A stretch of DNA of 64,000 nt from Candidatus Kryptoniota bacterium (GCA_049966155.1 JBMFVE010000001.1:223831-287830); one strand, 5' to 3'. Positions 39,750 to 50,645 are shown, counted from the stretch's first letter. The notes: generated by a model not told the origin, from the letters alone. Made by a program: numbers and translations.

Positions 39750-41152
39750 GTATTCTTCAATCTGGGCTCAAATTTAATCTTCAGTTGCTGCATTCGATAC
39801 CTGAGTCTTGAACGGGTAAGGCCAAGAATTTTTGCCGCCTGTATTTGATTTCCATTTGTAATCTCAAGGGTTTGTATTATAGCCTCTCTCATAATGTCAT
39901 CCATACGCGCTCCGTTTGGAGGTATAGCTACCAATGGATTTGACGACATCATTTTTGAAGCTGAGAAGTTTGGATGAAAACTTAAAAATGTGAGATGCTC
40001 AGGCTTTACAACGGTGTCTGATTCTAACAGGACTACCCTTTCAATCGCATTTCGGAGTTCCCTGACGTTGCCTGGCCATGTATATTTTTCAAGAACCTTT
40101 AGAGCATCCGGGGTAAACCCTTTTATTGACTTGTTAAACTTCTTGTTAAATTCGTCTAAAAAGGTATTGGCCAGAAGAGCAATGTCCTCCACCCTCTCTC
40201 GCAACGGTGGGATATGAAGCTGTGCAACATTTAACCTGTAGTATAGATCTTCTCGAAATTGGCCATGCTCAACAGCTATTTTCAGGTTCCGATTTGTTGC
40301 GGCAATTATCCTCACATCGACCGCAATTTCTTTTGCGCCACCAAGCCGATAGAATTTTTTAGTCTCAAGGATTCTCAACAGTTTCACCTGAGTTTCAGGA
40401 GAGAGCTCACCGACCTCATCAAGCAGGATTGTCCCACCGTTTGCAAGTTCAAACTTCCCCTGTCTCATTTTATCCATAGCACCAGTAAAAGCTCCCTTTT
40501 CATATCCAAAAAGTTCGCTTTCAGCAAGTTCCTTCGGAATAGCACCACAATTAATTGAAACAAACGGTCCATCTGAACGTTCACTTTTTTCATGAATTGC
40601 CCGTGCTATCAATTCCTTTCCCGACCCACTTTCCCCTATCAACAGGACAGTGGTATCTGCCCGTGCAAGCTTTTCAGCTGTGTAAACAACTTTTTTCAAA
40701 ACCTCACTTTTTCCAACTATAGAATAAGGACCTATTTTTTGATAAAGCTCCTCTTTCAATATCTCATAGTGCCGTTCAAGCTTTCGCCTTCCCAGGACTT
40801 TTTTTATCAGTATATCCAGTTGTTCAAGGTCAAGTGGTTTGAGGACAAAGTCTTCAGCACCTAACTTTATTGCCTTTACGGCACTGTTAACGTCAGAAAA
40901 TGCAGTTATCAAAATAACAGGTATGTCTATGTTCTCACTACGCAGCTTTTGTAGTATATCCAATCCTGTAATAGTGCCGAGATATAAATCAAGCAAAATC
41001 AAATCGGGCTGGAATTCCTGGACTTTACCGAACGCCTCTTCCCCTTCTGTAACCGATAGAACATCATAGCCTTCCCTCGATAATACTGTATTCAGTGAAT
41101 TATTTAAAAGCTCATCGTCATCAACTATCATTACTTTGCTTGGCAATATCAA
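39746..41152 (-). CDS. Sigma-54-dependent response regulator (NtrC family: REC + AAA+ + Fis-type HTH)
   Basis: 468 aa with a REC domain (DLILLDL), Walker A GESGSGKE, the GAFTGA sigma-54 contact loop and a C-terminal HTH (NQIQAAKILGLTRSRLRYRM). The track start is TTG; an ATG at 41131 is an alternative. Confidence 0.9.
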   Translation of the reverse strand: MILPSKVMIVDDDELLNNSLNTVLSREGYDVLSVTEGEEAFGKVQEFQPDLILLDLYLGTITGLDILQKLRSENIDIPVILITAFSDVNSAVKAIKLGAEDFVLKPLDLEQLDILIKKVLGRRKLERHYEILKEELYQKIGPYSIVGKSEVLKKVVYTAEKLARADTTVLLIGESGSGKELIARAIHEKSERSDGPFVSINCGAIPKELAESELFGYEKGAFTGAMDKMRQGKFELANGGTILLDEVGELSPETQVKLLRILETKKFYRLGGAKEIAVDVRIIAATNRNLKIAVEHGQFREDLYYRLNVAQLHIPPLRERVEDIALLANTFLDEFNKKFNKSIKGFTPDALKVLEKYTWPGNVRELRNAIERVVLLESDTVVKPEHLTFLSFHPNFSASKMMSSNPLVAIPPNGARMDDIMREAIIQTLEITNGNQIQAAKILGLTRSRLRYRMQQLKIKFEPRLKNT

Positions 41153-41165
41153 TCACCTCTTTTAG

Positions 41166-42725
41166 TCATAATTTATCGCTCTCGTGCAATGCACGAAAAT
41201 GAATTGAAACAGCAGTACCTTCGTTCTCCTTGCTCTTTATTGTAATTGTTGCATCGTTTTGTTCCAATAACCTCTGAGCGATTGAAAGTCCCATGCCAAT
41301 TGCATTCGCTTTTACTGAGAAAAGAGGTTCCATGCAGTGACCCAGTACGTCCTGCGACATCCCGATCCCGGTATCCTTTATAATTAAAGTTATCTCGTTT
41401 AATTCCCGTTTACAGATAAGCGAGAAAGACAATTCGCCCCCATTAGGCATGGCCTCGATGGCATTCTGGCTTATATTAAGGAGGGCATGGACAACCTGAG
41501 TGCGGTCGACATTTACCATGTCATCAGAACCATGAAAAAAAATACTAGACCTTATCCTATTCTTCTGTAAAGTTGTCTTGAGAAGATTTTTTACCTCGTA
41601 AACAAGGTATGACAGTTTTACTTTCGACTTGTGAGGATCTCCGGGTCTGGCAAAATCCAGCGTCTCACTCAACACTTTCTCTATCATTTTAACCCCATCC
41701 AGGGCAGATGAGACTAATCGGGCATCTGGAGAGCCCTGAGGATAACTTCTGCTAAGTAGCTCTAAATTCATTGAAATTGCACTCAATGGATTCCTTATCT
41801 CATGAGCCAAACCAAATGACAAATTACCCAATGCGCGCATTTTGTCCGATAGCATGAACCGATCAAGGATCTCCTTGCGGCGCGTTGTATCATGCAATAT
41901 TACAAGGCTCACTGATCCATCCACACCTATTGAACTGCAACTTAAATCAAGATATACTTCGTGATTCCCTTTCTGGTATGTGGACTCAAATTCAAATGGC
42001 GCTTTCCCTTCAATCCTGAAAAGTATTGCCTCCCCGAAAGGTTTAAGGTCTGATAACCTTGATCCAACCAATTCATTTTCACTAAAGCCAAGAATTTCAA
42101 GTGCCCTGGGATTAGACTCAAGAATTACGCCATCTGAATTTCTGAATAAGATAATGCCATCATTTGCATATTTGAAAAGCTGTGCATACTTCCGGCGCTC
42201 CTGTTCAGTCTTAAAATGTTCTTCAACTAACTCACGGTGAAGCTTCTGCAATTCCAGAACTTTTTTCTCCAGATTGTGCATGAGAACAGCATTGTATTCC
42301 CGAAGGTATTCATTCTCGGTTAATTGAGTTTTCGTTCCATTGTCAGAATGGGAATCAGCAGGCAGGTGAAGTACTTCCCGTAATGCATCAAGTATTACCT
42401 GCTCGTCGGCAGGTTTCCTCAGTAGTTTTGACGCACCAACACTTATTGCAAACTCTTCATCTAATTCGTCGGTATAATGGGCAGTCAGAAATATAACCGG
42501 GAGATCGTTATGCACTCCGTCATTCTTCAATGTACGGCAGAGTGTAAACCCATCCATTCCCCCCATCATCAAATCTGAAATTACTGCATCAAAATGCTCA
42601 GTACTTATGATATCCAGGGCTTCAATGCCATTTCGGGCTGTTTTTACATAATACCCGCTGGACTCCAGGATTTCCGCAAGTATAGATGAGGCTGCGGTAT
42701 CGTCATCAACCAAAAGAATTTGCAT
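41166..42725 (-). CDS. Cytoplasmic hybrid sensor histidine kinase (REC-PAS-HisKA-HATPase_c)
   Basis: 519 aa with an N-terminal REC (ILLVDDD...DAVISDLMMGGMDG), a PAS-like middle, the H-box FGLAHEIRNPL and C-terminal ATPase boxes. No TM segment. Confidence 0.85.
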   Translation of the reverse strand: MQILLVDDDTAASSILAEILESSGYYVKTARNGIEALDIISTEHFDAVISDLMMGGMDGFTLCRTLKNDGVHNDLPVIFLTAHYTDELDEEFAISVGASKLLRKPADEQVILDALREVLHLPADSHSDNGTKTQLTENEYLREYNAVLMHNLEKKVLELQKLHRELVEEHFKTEQERRKYAQLFKYANDGIILFRNSDGVILESNPRALEILGFSENELVGSRLSDLKPFGEAILFRIEGKAPFEFESTYQKGNHEVYLDLSCSSIGVDGSVSLVILHDTTRRKEILDRFMLSDKMRALGNLSFGLAHEIRNPLSAISMNLELLSRSYPQGSPDARLVSSALDGVKMIEKVLSETLDFARPGDPHKSKVKLSYLVYEVKNLLKTTLQKNRIRSSIFFHGSDDMVNVDRTQVVHALLNISQNAIEAMPNGGELSFSLICKRELNEITLIIKDTGIGMSQDVLGHCMEPLFSVKANAIGMGLSIAQRLLEQNDATITIKSKENEGTAVSIHFRALHESDKL

Positions 42726-42738
42726 TAATTGAGATTCT

Positions 42739-42761
42739 GGTTTATTAAATTTTAATAAACC
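42739..42761. repeat. Perfect 11-1-11 palindrome GGTTTATTAAA-T-TTTAATAAACC upstream of the sensor kinase start
   Basis: Read directly from the sequence. It lies 14 nt upstream of the kinase ATG (42725) and 53 nt downstream of the MBL-hydrolase stop (42814). Its role as operator or weak hairpin is unresolved. Confidence 0.4.
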
Positions 42762-42813
42762 TATCGAAAATTAGCAATCACCACTCTAATTCATTTTAAT
42801 AGAGAGCAATACC

Positions 42814-43710
42814 TTATATAAAAAGCTCCCCACCTTCAATTGCTGCCCCAACCTCTACATCATAGCCATTTTGTCTGGCATACTGACAGGCCTTTTTTAA
42901 CGAAGAGTCTACCTCATCGTCGTCATTGCTCGGATCATAATGATAAAGAAAAAGCCTGCGAACATGCCCCCTCCCTGCTAAGTTCACAGCAAACAAATAA
43001 TCAGAATGCCCCCACCCAACATGGTCAGCATACTGCTCTGGAGTATAAGTTGAATCATGTATAAGAATATCTGCCCCCGAAACGAACTCAACTATCCTCT
43101 GATTGGGGTCTCCGTTGTAATTCAAAAACAAATCAAGCACTTCCTTTTCGTAATTTGTATAAAATTTTAACTTATCAGCATAAAATGGCTCATTGTCACT
43201 TATGTATACGATAGATTTCCCCGCCGAAGTTATCCTATATCCAAGAGTAACACCTGGATGATTAACAATTATACTTTCAACCGAAGCACTGCCAATTTGG
43301 GTCCTGCCTTCCTTGAGGGGTATAAAGTCTATCTTTGCCCCAAGTTCCGCAAGCCGGAGCGGAAAATAAACTTTGTTCATTTGATCTGCTACCAATTTTT
43401 TCAACGGTATCTCACGACCATCCGGTCCCAAAATAGTGATCATATTGCCATTCGAAAAAGCAGGCCGGAAAAATGGAAAACCCTGAATGTGATCGCAATG
43501 AGGGTGGCTGATTAACAGGAACGCATCCACCTTCCTGCCTTTCGATGTTAAATATTCTCCCAGACTCCGTATTCCTGTCCCGGCATCCAGAATAATCAGC
43601 GTCCCATCGTCGAGCTCAAGCTGGACACACGCCGTATTTCCGCCGTACCTGACGGTGGACTTCCCAGGGGTCGCTATTGAGCCCCTCACTCCCCAAAATT
43701 TTATTTTCAT
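42814..43710 (-). CDS. MBL-fold metallo-hydrolase
   Basis: 298 aa with the HxHxDH motif SHPHCDHIQG and downstream His/Asp ligands. Confidence 0.8.
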   Translation of the reverse strand: MKIKFWGVRGSIATPGKSTVRYGGNTACVQLELDDGTLIILDAGTGIRSLGEYLTSKGRKVDAFLLISHPHCDHIQGFPFFRPAFSNGNMITILGPDGREIPLKKLVADQMNKVYFPLRLAELGAKIDFIPLKEGRTQIGSASVESIIVNHPGVTLGYRITSAGKSIVYISDNEPFYADKLKFYTNYEKEVLDLFLNYNGDPNQRIVEFVSGADILIHDSTYTPEQYADHVGWGHSDYLFAVNLAGRGHVRRLFLYHYDPSNDDDEVDSSLKKACQYARQNGYDVEVGAAIEGGELFI

Positions 43711-43728
43711 TCTCCTACTTTCCCCTTT

Positions 43729-44247
43729 CTAACCCTGAGTTTGAAATAGATAATCCGCCGCGTAGCGGACATAACGTGCTGCGGATTCTTCAAGTTTTAC
43801 TATTTCATCATCAGTCAGTTCTCTTATTATCTTTCCCGGCACTCCCGCTACCAGAGATCTCGCAGGAACCTTGAACCCTTCTCTTATAACAGAGCCGGCT
43901 GCAACCAGGCTGTGGTCACCAATTAATGAGCCATCGAGGATAATTGCACCCATGCCAATCAAACAGTAATCCTTTATTTCGCAACCGTGGACGACAGCAC
44001 CATGACCTATTGTCACGCCACACCCTATTTTCACCGGATATTTTCCGTTGGTAACATGAACTACGCAATTGTCTTGGATATTGGTCCTCTCCCCAATTCG
44101 AATGTAGTGGACATCTCCACGCAGAACAGTGTTGAACCAGATGCTTGACTTAGCTCCAATTATTACATCACCAATAACCTTTGCACCCTCAGCAATAAAG
44201 ACGTCCTCGCCGATTTGTGGAACAGTACCCATATATTCAAAAATCAT
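43729..44247 (-). CDS. Gamma-carbonic-anhydrase-like hexapeptide-repeat protein (YrdA/PaaY type)
   Basis: Left-handed beta-helix repeats (IGEDVFIAEGAKVIGDVIIGAKSSIWFNTVLRGD...). I chose the ATG at 44247 (TAATG overlap with the upstream stop) over the track start at 44274. Confidence 0.8.
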   Translation of the reverse strand: MIFEYMGTVPQIGEDVFIAEGAKVIGDVIIGAKSSIWFNTVLRGDVHYIRIGERTNIQDNCVVHVTNGKYPVKIGCGVTIGHGAVVHGCEIKDYCLIGMGAIILDGSLIGDHSLVAAGSVIREGFKVPARSLVAGVPGKIIRELTDDEIVKLEESAARYVRYAADYLFQTQG

Positions 44248-45140
44248 TATTCGGCGCTCCTGGGAGGAGTCCACCGACTCCGATTTTGTGCTTTCAACTG
44301 AATTAAGACACTGCCCAGAAGCACTTTAACTTTTCCCTTAATAGGAATTGAAGCAGGATCGTTAGCAATCCAGCCTTCGAAGTACCCCGTAACACCAAAG
44401 AAACCCTGAAAGCCTATCCGACCATCGAGATAGTAGCTATCAATGGGGTAACCGTATGCATCTATTTCACATGCCTCTCTCTTCTTGTTTAATGTAAACT
44501 TTATATCCGAACGAGTTGTATCCACCATTATCGGAACATCATAGGAAAAACGTCCTCCGTTGGAGAGACTGAAGAGCTTTCTAAGATAATAAATAAAACC
44601 AACGCCATCCGTGTAATTTTTGTCCAGAGGAAAATAGATTTGCTTTGTAATTGAATCATTGATTCCCTGCTCGTAAATGATGCGACCGCTTCGGTAATTA
44701 AACTTCTGTGTTACAAAAGACCATCCATAGCTTTCTTTTTGCAATCCACGAGTGTAATAGCACTTGAAGTTATCTTTATCAACGGTTGTTTCAAAAATTG
44801 CGTGCATGTTTACAAAAGGTACGTTGTACGAATTTATATATGCAGCCATCCTGTAAACATCCCTCCCGTCGTACTGACCTTCACCAAGAAATTTAAATTT
44901 CACAGCACCTATTTTTAAAAACAAGTAGCTCACTTCGTATGTCAGCTCTTCACCTGGGTTCATCATTAAGCTTTCATCAGCTTTCCTCCATCCTGATGAA
45001 ATCATGTAATTTTCAAATTGATTAAAACCTGCAATAGCATAAACCGTGGCTACAATTGTAAGAACAATTGCTGAACCTATGACGACAATTGAGAATCGAG
45101 TAACTGCTTTTATTAAAGTCTTCGATAGTCGCAGATTCAT
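44247..45140 (-). CDS. DUF3108-like exported protein
   Basis: 297 aa with an N-terminal TM/signal anchor. It is beta-rich with GEELTYEVSYLFLKIGAVKFKF, as I recall for DUF3108. Confidence 0.5.
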   Translation of the reverse strand: MNLRLSKTLIKAVTRFSIVVIGSAIVLTIVATVYAIAGFNQFENYMISSGWRKADESLMMNPGEELTYEVSYLFLKIGAVKFKFLGEGQYDGRDVYRMAAYINSYNVPFVNMHAIFETTVDKDNFKCYYTRGLQKESYGWSFVTQKFNYRSGRIIYEQGINDSITKQIYFPLDKNYTDGVGFIYYLRKLFSLSNGGRFSYDVPIMVDTTRSDIKFTLNKKREACEIDAYGYPIDSYYLDGRIGFQGFFGVTGYFEGWIANDPASIPIKGKVKVLLGSVLIQLKAQNRSRWTPPRSAE

Positions 45141-45299
45141 CTGTAATCATTTCCTTCAATTCTGACAATTTTGTTGTTCCTGACTTAAGAATATCACCAA
45201 AAAGTTCATTAATAAGTGTGATGCAAATCTCACCTCAAAAGATATACTGATCGGGTGGTTTGCTTTGGCCTGGTATTAACGCATCTGTGCTGTATATCG

Positions 45300-46904
45300 C
45301 TAATTCAATCCTGCGATTTTCTCTGCCTCCGGGAAAAGCGACATAGCTTTTAGAAATTGATCATCCATTCCTAAAACAACCCTATACCATCCCTCATTAC
45401 CCCACAGATTGCGTGCAATTTGCGCCTTTATAAGCATAGCCACATATTTTTCCTGACTTTGAAAATCTTGCTGACTGACCTTCACTCCTTTGGAGCGAGC
45501 AAGAGATATAACCCTATTAAGCATTTCGTTGCTCACCTGATACTTTTTGTTAAAATCCTCAGGACCAGAATACTCTTGCTTGATTTTATTACCAAGAGTT
45601 CCAAGGAAATTATCAACATAATCAAGTATAATTCTTTTGCTCTGGAGCTCATAAACAAACCCACTAACCTTCGGCATCTTTACAATATAATCAGGAGTTA
45701 TCCCGCCACCACCATATACCGGTCGACCTGAAGCGGTTTTATAAACGGGGCGTGAAGAGTCACCCTCAAGCGTGTGCTCGATGTTCGCCCCGGCTCTTTC
45801 ACTGCTATCAATTGCCGCTATTTGACTGAAGTACTTTGCATGATCTTTTCCGTATGGTCTCTGAATTAGTCTGCCGCTCGGCGTATAATACCTTGCAATA
45901 GTAATCCTTACAGCAGAACCATCGCTTAAATCAAATTGGCGTTGCACCAGGCCTTTTCCAAAACTGGTTTCACCAACTATCAGTCCTCTATCAAGATCTT
46001 GCACTGCCCCTGAGACTATTTCACTGGCTGAAGCAGTTCCTCCATTTATCAGAACAATCAGGGGCAACCTTGTGAATGGCCCTCCTGAGGAAGTAAAATA
46101 TTCATTAGCCTCAGGAATCCTGCCTCTTGTATAAACTATTGTCTTCCCGGCAGGAATAAATTCGCTGGCCACGTCTACCGCTTGATTAAGATATCCCCCG
46201 GGATTGTCCCGTAAATCAAGTATTAACTCCTTCATTCCTTGCAGCTTCAGCTTGTTGAGCGCTTCTTCAAGTTCTTTCTGTGTATTTTCCGCAAACCTGT
46301 TAACATAAATATATCCAACTCTGTCGTTTACCATGAATGCAGCGGTCACAGAATAAATTGAAATTTTATCTCTTGTGATTTCAAAGTAAAGCGGCTTGTC
46401 AACGCCAGCTCTGATAACTGCGACTGTAACTTTTGTCCCTTTCGGGCCACGCAGTTTTTGCATAACCTCATCACGGGTAATCCCTATGCAGGACTTCCCA
46501 TCAATTTCAACTATCTTGTCTCCCGCTTGCAAACCGACGAGTTCACTCGGTCCACCAGCAATTGGCGACACGACAAGCAGGGTATCGTTCAACACATCGT
46601 ACTCGATCCCAATCCCCTCAAAAGAACCTCGAAAATCTTCAGCAATCTTCTGAGCATCTTTCTTGGGGATATAAACAGAATGGGGATCAAGCTGGCCAAG
46701 CATTCCGGTAATGGCAGCATCCACCAGCTTCGGGGTATCGACATTTTCGACATAATATTTTTGAGCAAGACTGAGAACATCCTTGAACTTTTGCAGCTGT
46801 TCGTAGATGCTATCACCACTGATAACATTTTGGATTTGGGTTCCGATTAGTATCCCAAAAACCAGCATTATCACTGCCCCGGCAGCTGAAATTCTTCTTT
46901 TCAA
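45300..46904 (-). CDS. S41-family carboxy-terminal processing peptidase with PDZ domain
   Basis: 534 aa with a PDZ region (GLQAGDKIVEIDG) and catalytic-region motifs NGGTASASEI and GETSFGKGLVQ. TTG start. Confidence 0.9.
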   Translation of the reverse strand: MKRRISAAGAVIMLVFGILIGTQIQNVISGDSIYEQLQKFKDVLSLAQKYYVENVDTPKLVDAAITGMLGQLDPHSVYIPKKDAQKIAEDFRGSFEGIGIEYDVLNDTLLVVSPIAGGPSELVGLQAGDKIVEIDGKSCIGITRDEVMQKLRGPKGTKVTVAVIRAGVDKPLYFEITRDKISIYSVTAAFMVNDRVGYIYVNRFAENTQKELEEALNKLKLQGMKELILDLRDNPGGYLNQAVDVASEFIPAGKTIVYTRGRIPEANEYFTSSGGPFTRLPLIVLINGGTASASEIVSGAVQDLDRGLIVGETSFGKGLVQRQFDLSDGSAVRITIARYYTPSGRLIQRPYGKDHAKYFSQIAAIDSSERAGANIEHTLEGDSSRPVYKTASGRPVYGGGGITPDYIVKMPKVSGFVYELQSKRIILDYVDNFLGTLGNKIKQEYSGPEDFNKKYQVSNEMLNRVISLARSKGVKVSQQDFQSQEKYVAMLIKAQIARNLWGNEGWYRVVLGMDDQFLKAMSLFPEAEKIAGLN

Positions 46905-46965
46905 GATCTAACTCCTTTTTTCAATCGACTCATTCGAATAACAACTTTGAACTCCATTTTGTTCG

Positions 46966-49110
46966 TTACTTTGTTACAGACGACCGCAGCCGACCTAGAA
47001 TCAGCGAAAAATTAACACTGTACTCTCGCTGTAATGTAACGTCGGAATGAAAAAAAATCACTGAACTCTGATAAACCCGCTCAAAACCGGATTCGGATAG
47101 AGAAACCGTTTCAATTGGAAACCTCCACAATGATTGGGGCTTGTCAACATTAACTTCAGCATATATACCCTGCCATTCATCTACTACAGATACAGCAGAT
47201 ACGCCATAACTCTCCCCTTTACTCCGCAATCTCGAATCAGATGGCTTTTTCCCATCAATGAGGTAGTACCTGTCATGTGCGTCTCCAGCAAGGAGCCCAA
47301 AATTGAACTCCACGCCAAAATTCAAATCAATTTCATTTTCTCCAAGGTTGGTAATTTTATATTCACAGTTTATAAGTGGCTTCCTGTCAAAAAAGAAGAA
47401 TCGCTTCAACAGTTTTATAGGCAAATCTCTTCCGTCTTTCCTGACGATTCCGTTCCTCGTAAAAGTCACCACAGCCCTGTCCTTTTCACGACTCACCTGA
47501 AAATCACATTCATAAGCACCGGCAACAAAATTTCCCTGTTCTTCATAATGAGCACTGGCAAATTCCTCCAGAGATGTATTTCCAATAAAATGATCCACAA
47601 AAGATGCTCTTCTATACCAGTCATAGTATAAAAGCTTTTCAAGACCTTCCTCCTTGTAAATAACCATATCATGAATACTGTGAATTCCTTCCCCATTTTC
47701 ACAATCAACAGGATGCTCGGTCAACTTTTTGTGGTACCCTTCCGGTCTACGGCTAACTATATCGAGAAAATTAAATGCTGCAGGTTTATAATCAAGTTCG
47801 AACAATGAAGCTCCTCCATCCGGTTTGAAGTATGCGTTGACAGTGCTCGATTCAACCAACACCTCCTTTGAGCCATCCAGATCAAAATCCTCAAATGAAA
47901 CAGACAGGCCTGATTTCTTTTCCAGTCTGTCAAGCTCGTTTTCAGCCTGAATTAAACTTTTGTAAACAGGGTACCGCAAATTTGGCAAATAGAGACCGCC
48001 GAAAACGCCATGCCAGTAGGGGTCATTGCATTGAGCAGCCCATATTTTGTCGAGTGCCCGATCAACCTTAATGCCGCGCCTTTCAAGTTTATGAGCGCGC
48101 TCCGAGAGTCGATTCATTTTCTTATGAATGTTGTTTGACTCAGGATACTTTACGAGAAAATTTCTCCAGTAACCACCGCGGACAAATTCTTCATATCGAG
48201 CGAGCAATCCGTCTTGCCTTAACCTGTTCTCAAATTCCTCGTATTTCAGAAAAAGTTCTGACGGCAACGCCCACTGCAACATCTCAGCATATGATGCATT
48301 TTGCAAGTAAACTCGACCAATTGGTTTAATCCTTTCCAGAATTTCAGAGAAATGGACAATATTTATCCAATCTGAATTTTGTTCAAGAGCTTCAAAGAAC
48401 TGCTCAAGCCAACCATCCGTATATACATGTTTAAATGTGTTTGGCCAAACACCAAATTTTTCACCGTCATCAGCGTATACCGCAACTCGTGTCCCATCTT
48501 CACTGGCAATTGAGTGAAGATAATCAATTGTCTTCTCAACTGCTTGGAAGGGTATCGTGTACCTCAGCATCTTGCTAATTGGAAAGACATTTAACGCTTT
48601 ACCTTGTTCTTCTGTCACATAGTAACCCAGCAAATCATCGTCTTTAAGCCCCACATATTTGAAATGTGTGTCATCAATCACGACATACTGAATGCCGGTT
48701 TCAGCAATTGGTTTCACAATGTGCTGCTCCCAAACCCTCTCAGCCAACCACATACCAACAGGTTTGAAACCAAAATTCTTTCTTATATAGTCACTGAGTT
48801 TCCTTATTTGTCCGAGTTTGTCTTTATCGGGTATTATTGCAAGGATTGGTTCATAAAATCCACCTGTCATGAGGTGGACCTGTCCGGCTTCCACGAGATC
48901 TCTAACTTCATTGAATATCACCTCATGATTTTTTCGTAGCCACTCCAGAAGAAAACCGGTGTAATGTATTGAAACCTTAACCTTTGGGTATTTTTCAAGC
49001 ACCTTAAGGAAGGGCAAATATGCCTTTTGATAAGCATCTTCCAGAACATGGTCGAAGTTGCCAATTGGCTGATGATTATGAATTCCAATAACAAGGTTTA
49101 TCTTTTTCAT
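46966..49110 (-). CDS. Glycoside hydrolase family 57 protein (alpha-amylase / 4-alpha-glucanotransferase type)
   Basis: 714 aa with the GH57 N-terminus GIHNHQPIGNF, WLAERVW and YADDGEKFG, plus a long C-terminal DUF1926-like region. Confidence 0.85.
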   Translation of the reverse strand: MKKINLVIGIHNHQPIGNFDHVLEDAYQKAYLPFLKVLEKYPKVKVSIHYTGFLLEWLRKNHEVIFNEVRDLVEAGQVHLMTGGFYEPILAIIPDKDKLGQIRKLSDYIRKNFGFKPVGMWLAERVWEQHIVKPIAETGIQYVVIDDTHFKYVGLKDDDLLGYYVTEEQGKALNVFPISKMLRYTIPFQAVEKTIDYLHSIASEDGTRVAVYADDGEKFGVWPNTFKHVYTDGWLEQFFEALEQNSDWINIVHFSEILERIKPIGRVYLQNASYAEMLQWALPSELFLKYEEFENRLRQDGLLARYEEFVRGGYWRNFLVKYPESNNIHKKMNRLSERAHKLERRGIKVDRALDKIWAAQCNDPYWHGVFGGLYLPNLRYPVYKSLIQAENELDRLEKKSGLSVSFEDFDLDGSKEVLVESSTVNAYFKPDGGASLFELDYKPAAFNFLDIVSRRPEGYHKKLTEHPVDCENGEGIHSIHDMVIYKEEGLEKLLYYDWYRRASFVDHFIGNTSLEEFASAHYEEQGNFVAGAYECDFQVSREKDRAVVTFTRNGIVRKDGRDLPIKLLKRFFFFDRKPLINCEYKITNLGENEIDLNFGVEFNFGLLAGDAHDRYYLIDGKKPSDSRLRSKGESYGVSAVSVVDEWQGIYAEVNVDKPQSLWRFPIETVSLSESGFERVYQSSVIFFHSDVTLQREYSVNFSLILGRLRSSVTK

Positions 49111-49118
49111 TCTAAATT

Positions 49119-50645
49119 TTATCTTTCTGGTTTCATTTGTGGAAAGAAGATTACATCACGTATTGAATCCTGGTTGGTCAAGAGCATTGTGAGTCTGTCA
49201 ATTCCAATTCCTAAACCTGCGGTCGGCGGCATCCCATACTCGAGTGCCCTCAAAAAGTCCTCATCCACCACCATCGCTTCTTCGTCCCCCCTTGCCCGTA
49301 ATCGAGACTGTTCTTCAAATCGCGTACGCTGGTCCAGGGGGTCATTTAATTCACTGAAAGCATTTGCAAGTTCATGGCCATTACAAATAACCTCGAACCT
49401 TTCAACCAGACCAGGCTTTGCACGATGGCGTTTTGCAAGTGGTGACATTTCAATTGGGTAATCAATGACAAATGTGGGCTGAATTAATTCCGGCTCAACA
49501 ATCTCTGAGAAAATTTCATCAATGAGTTTCCCGTATCCACTCATTTGATCAACTTCCACATGAAGACGTTTTGCCAACTCAAATATTTCCTTCTCTGACT
49601 TTCCCTCAAGATTCTCACCGGTTACTTCCCCAATAATCCCAAGCATTGTAACCCGTTTCCATGGTGGGGCAAATTCTATTTTGTTGTTAGCTACTTCTAT
49701 CTTTGAGTTTCCATTCACTCCCATTACAATTGAATATATCATTTCCTCCAGAAACTGCATCATCCATTCGTAGTCTTTGTACGCAACATACAGTTCCATC
49801 ATTGTAAATTCCGGGTTGTGTGATTTGTCCATTCCTTCATTTCTGAAATCCTTCCCGATTTCGTAAACACCAGCAAAGCCTCCAACAATGAGCCTCTTTA
49901 AATATAGCTCATCAGATATTCTCAAATAAAAGTCAATATCAAGTGCATTGTGATGTGTGGTGAAAGGCCTTGCCGAAGCACCGCCATACAACGGTTGCAG
50001 GATTGGTGTTTCAACCTCAAGATAGCCGCGATCATCGAGAAATTTCCTCATGGCGCTAATTATTCGCGAGCGTTTAATAAAGACATCCCTAACCGACGGA
50101 TTGACTATTAAATCCACGTACCTCTGCCTGTACCTGAGTTCTTTGTCGGAAAACGGATCGAAAACTACTTTGTTGCCATCCCTATCGGTTTTTTCTTTTA
50201 CAATTGGCAAGGGACGGAGTGACTTGGAAAGGAGAGTTAACTCTTTTGCATGGACAGATACTTCACCCATTCTTGTCCTGAACACAAACCCTTTAACACC
50301 AATTATGTCACCAATGTCAAGGAGTTTAAATATCTCGTAAGTTTTGCCCAGATCATTACTCCTCAGGTAAACTTGAATTTTCCCTTTTGAGTCCTGAATA
50401 TGGCAAAAAGAGGCCTTTCCCATACGACGAATTGACATTATCCTCCCTGCAATTGACACGTCGCCAAAAGGCAGGTCGTCACGAAAATTGTCCAGAATCT
50501 CCTTGGAATAATGCGTAACATCAAAATTGTAAGGGTAAGGGTTTATTCCTTTTTCAACAAGAGCTTTGAGCTCTTCAATGCGCCTTTTTATAAGCTCGTT
50601 TTCTTCCTGTAGGTAGTCACCTTCGATTCCCAAATTCTTCTCCAA
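49119..50645 (-). CDS. lysS: Lysine--tRNA ligase, class II
   Basis: 508 aa with an N-terminal OB-fold anticodon-binding domain and class II motifs ([30 protein letters not shown]). TTG start. Confidence 0.9.
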   Translation of the reverse strand: MEKNLGIEGDYLQEENELIKRRIEELKALVEKGINPYPYNFDVTHYSKEILDNFRDDLPFGDVSIAGRIMSIRRMGKASFCHIQDSKGKIQVYLRSNDLGKTYEIFKLLDIGDIIGVKGFVFRTRMGEVSVHAKELTLLSKSLRPLPIVKEKTDRDGNKVVFDPFSDKELRYRQRYVDLIVNPSVRDVFIKRSRIISAMRKFLDDRGYLEVETPILQPLYGGASARPFTTHHNALDIDFYLRISDELYLKRLIVGGFAGVYEIGKDFRNEGMDKSHNPEFTMMELYVAYKDYEWMMQFLEEMIYSIVMGVNGNSKIEVANNKIEFAPPWKRVTMLGIIGEVTGENLEGKSEKEIFELAKRLHVEVDQMSGYGKLIDEIFSEIVEPELIQPTFVIDYPIEMSPLAKRHRAKPGLVERFEVICNGHELANAFSELNDPLDQRTRFEEQSRLRARGDEEAMVVDEDFLRALEYGMPPTAGLGIGIDRLTMLLTNQDSIRDVIFFPQMKPER

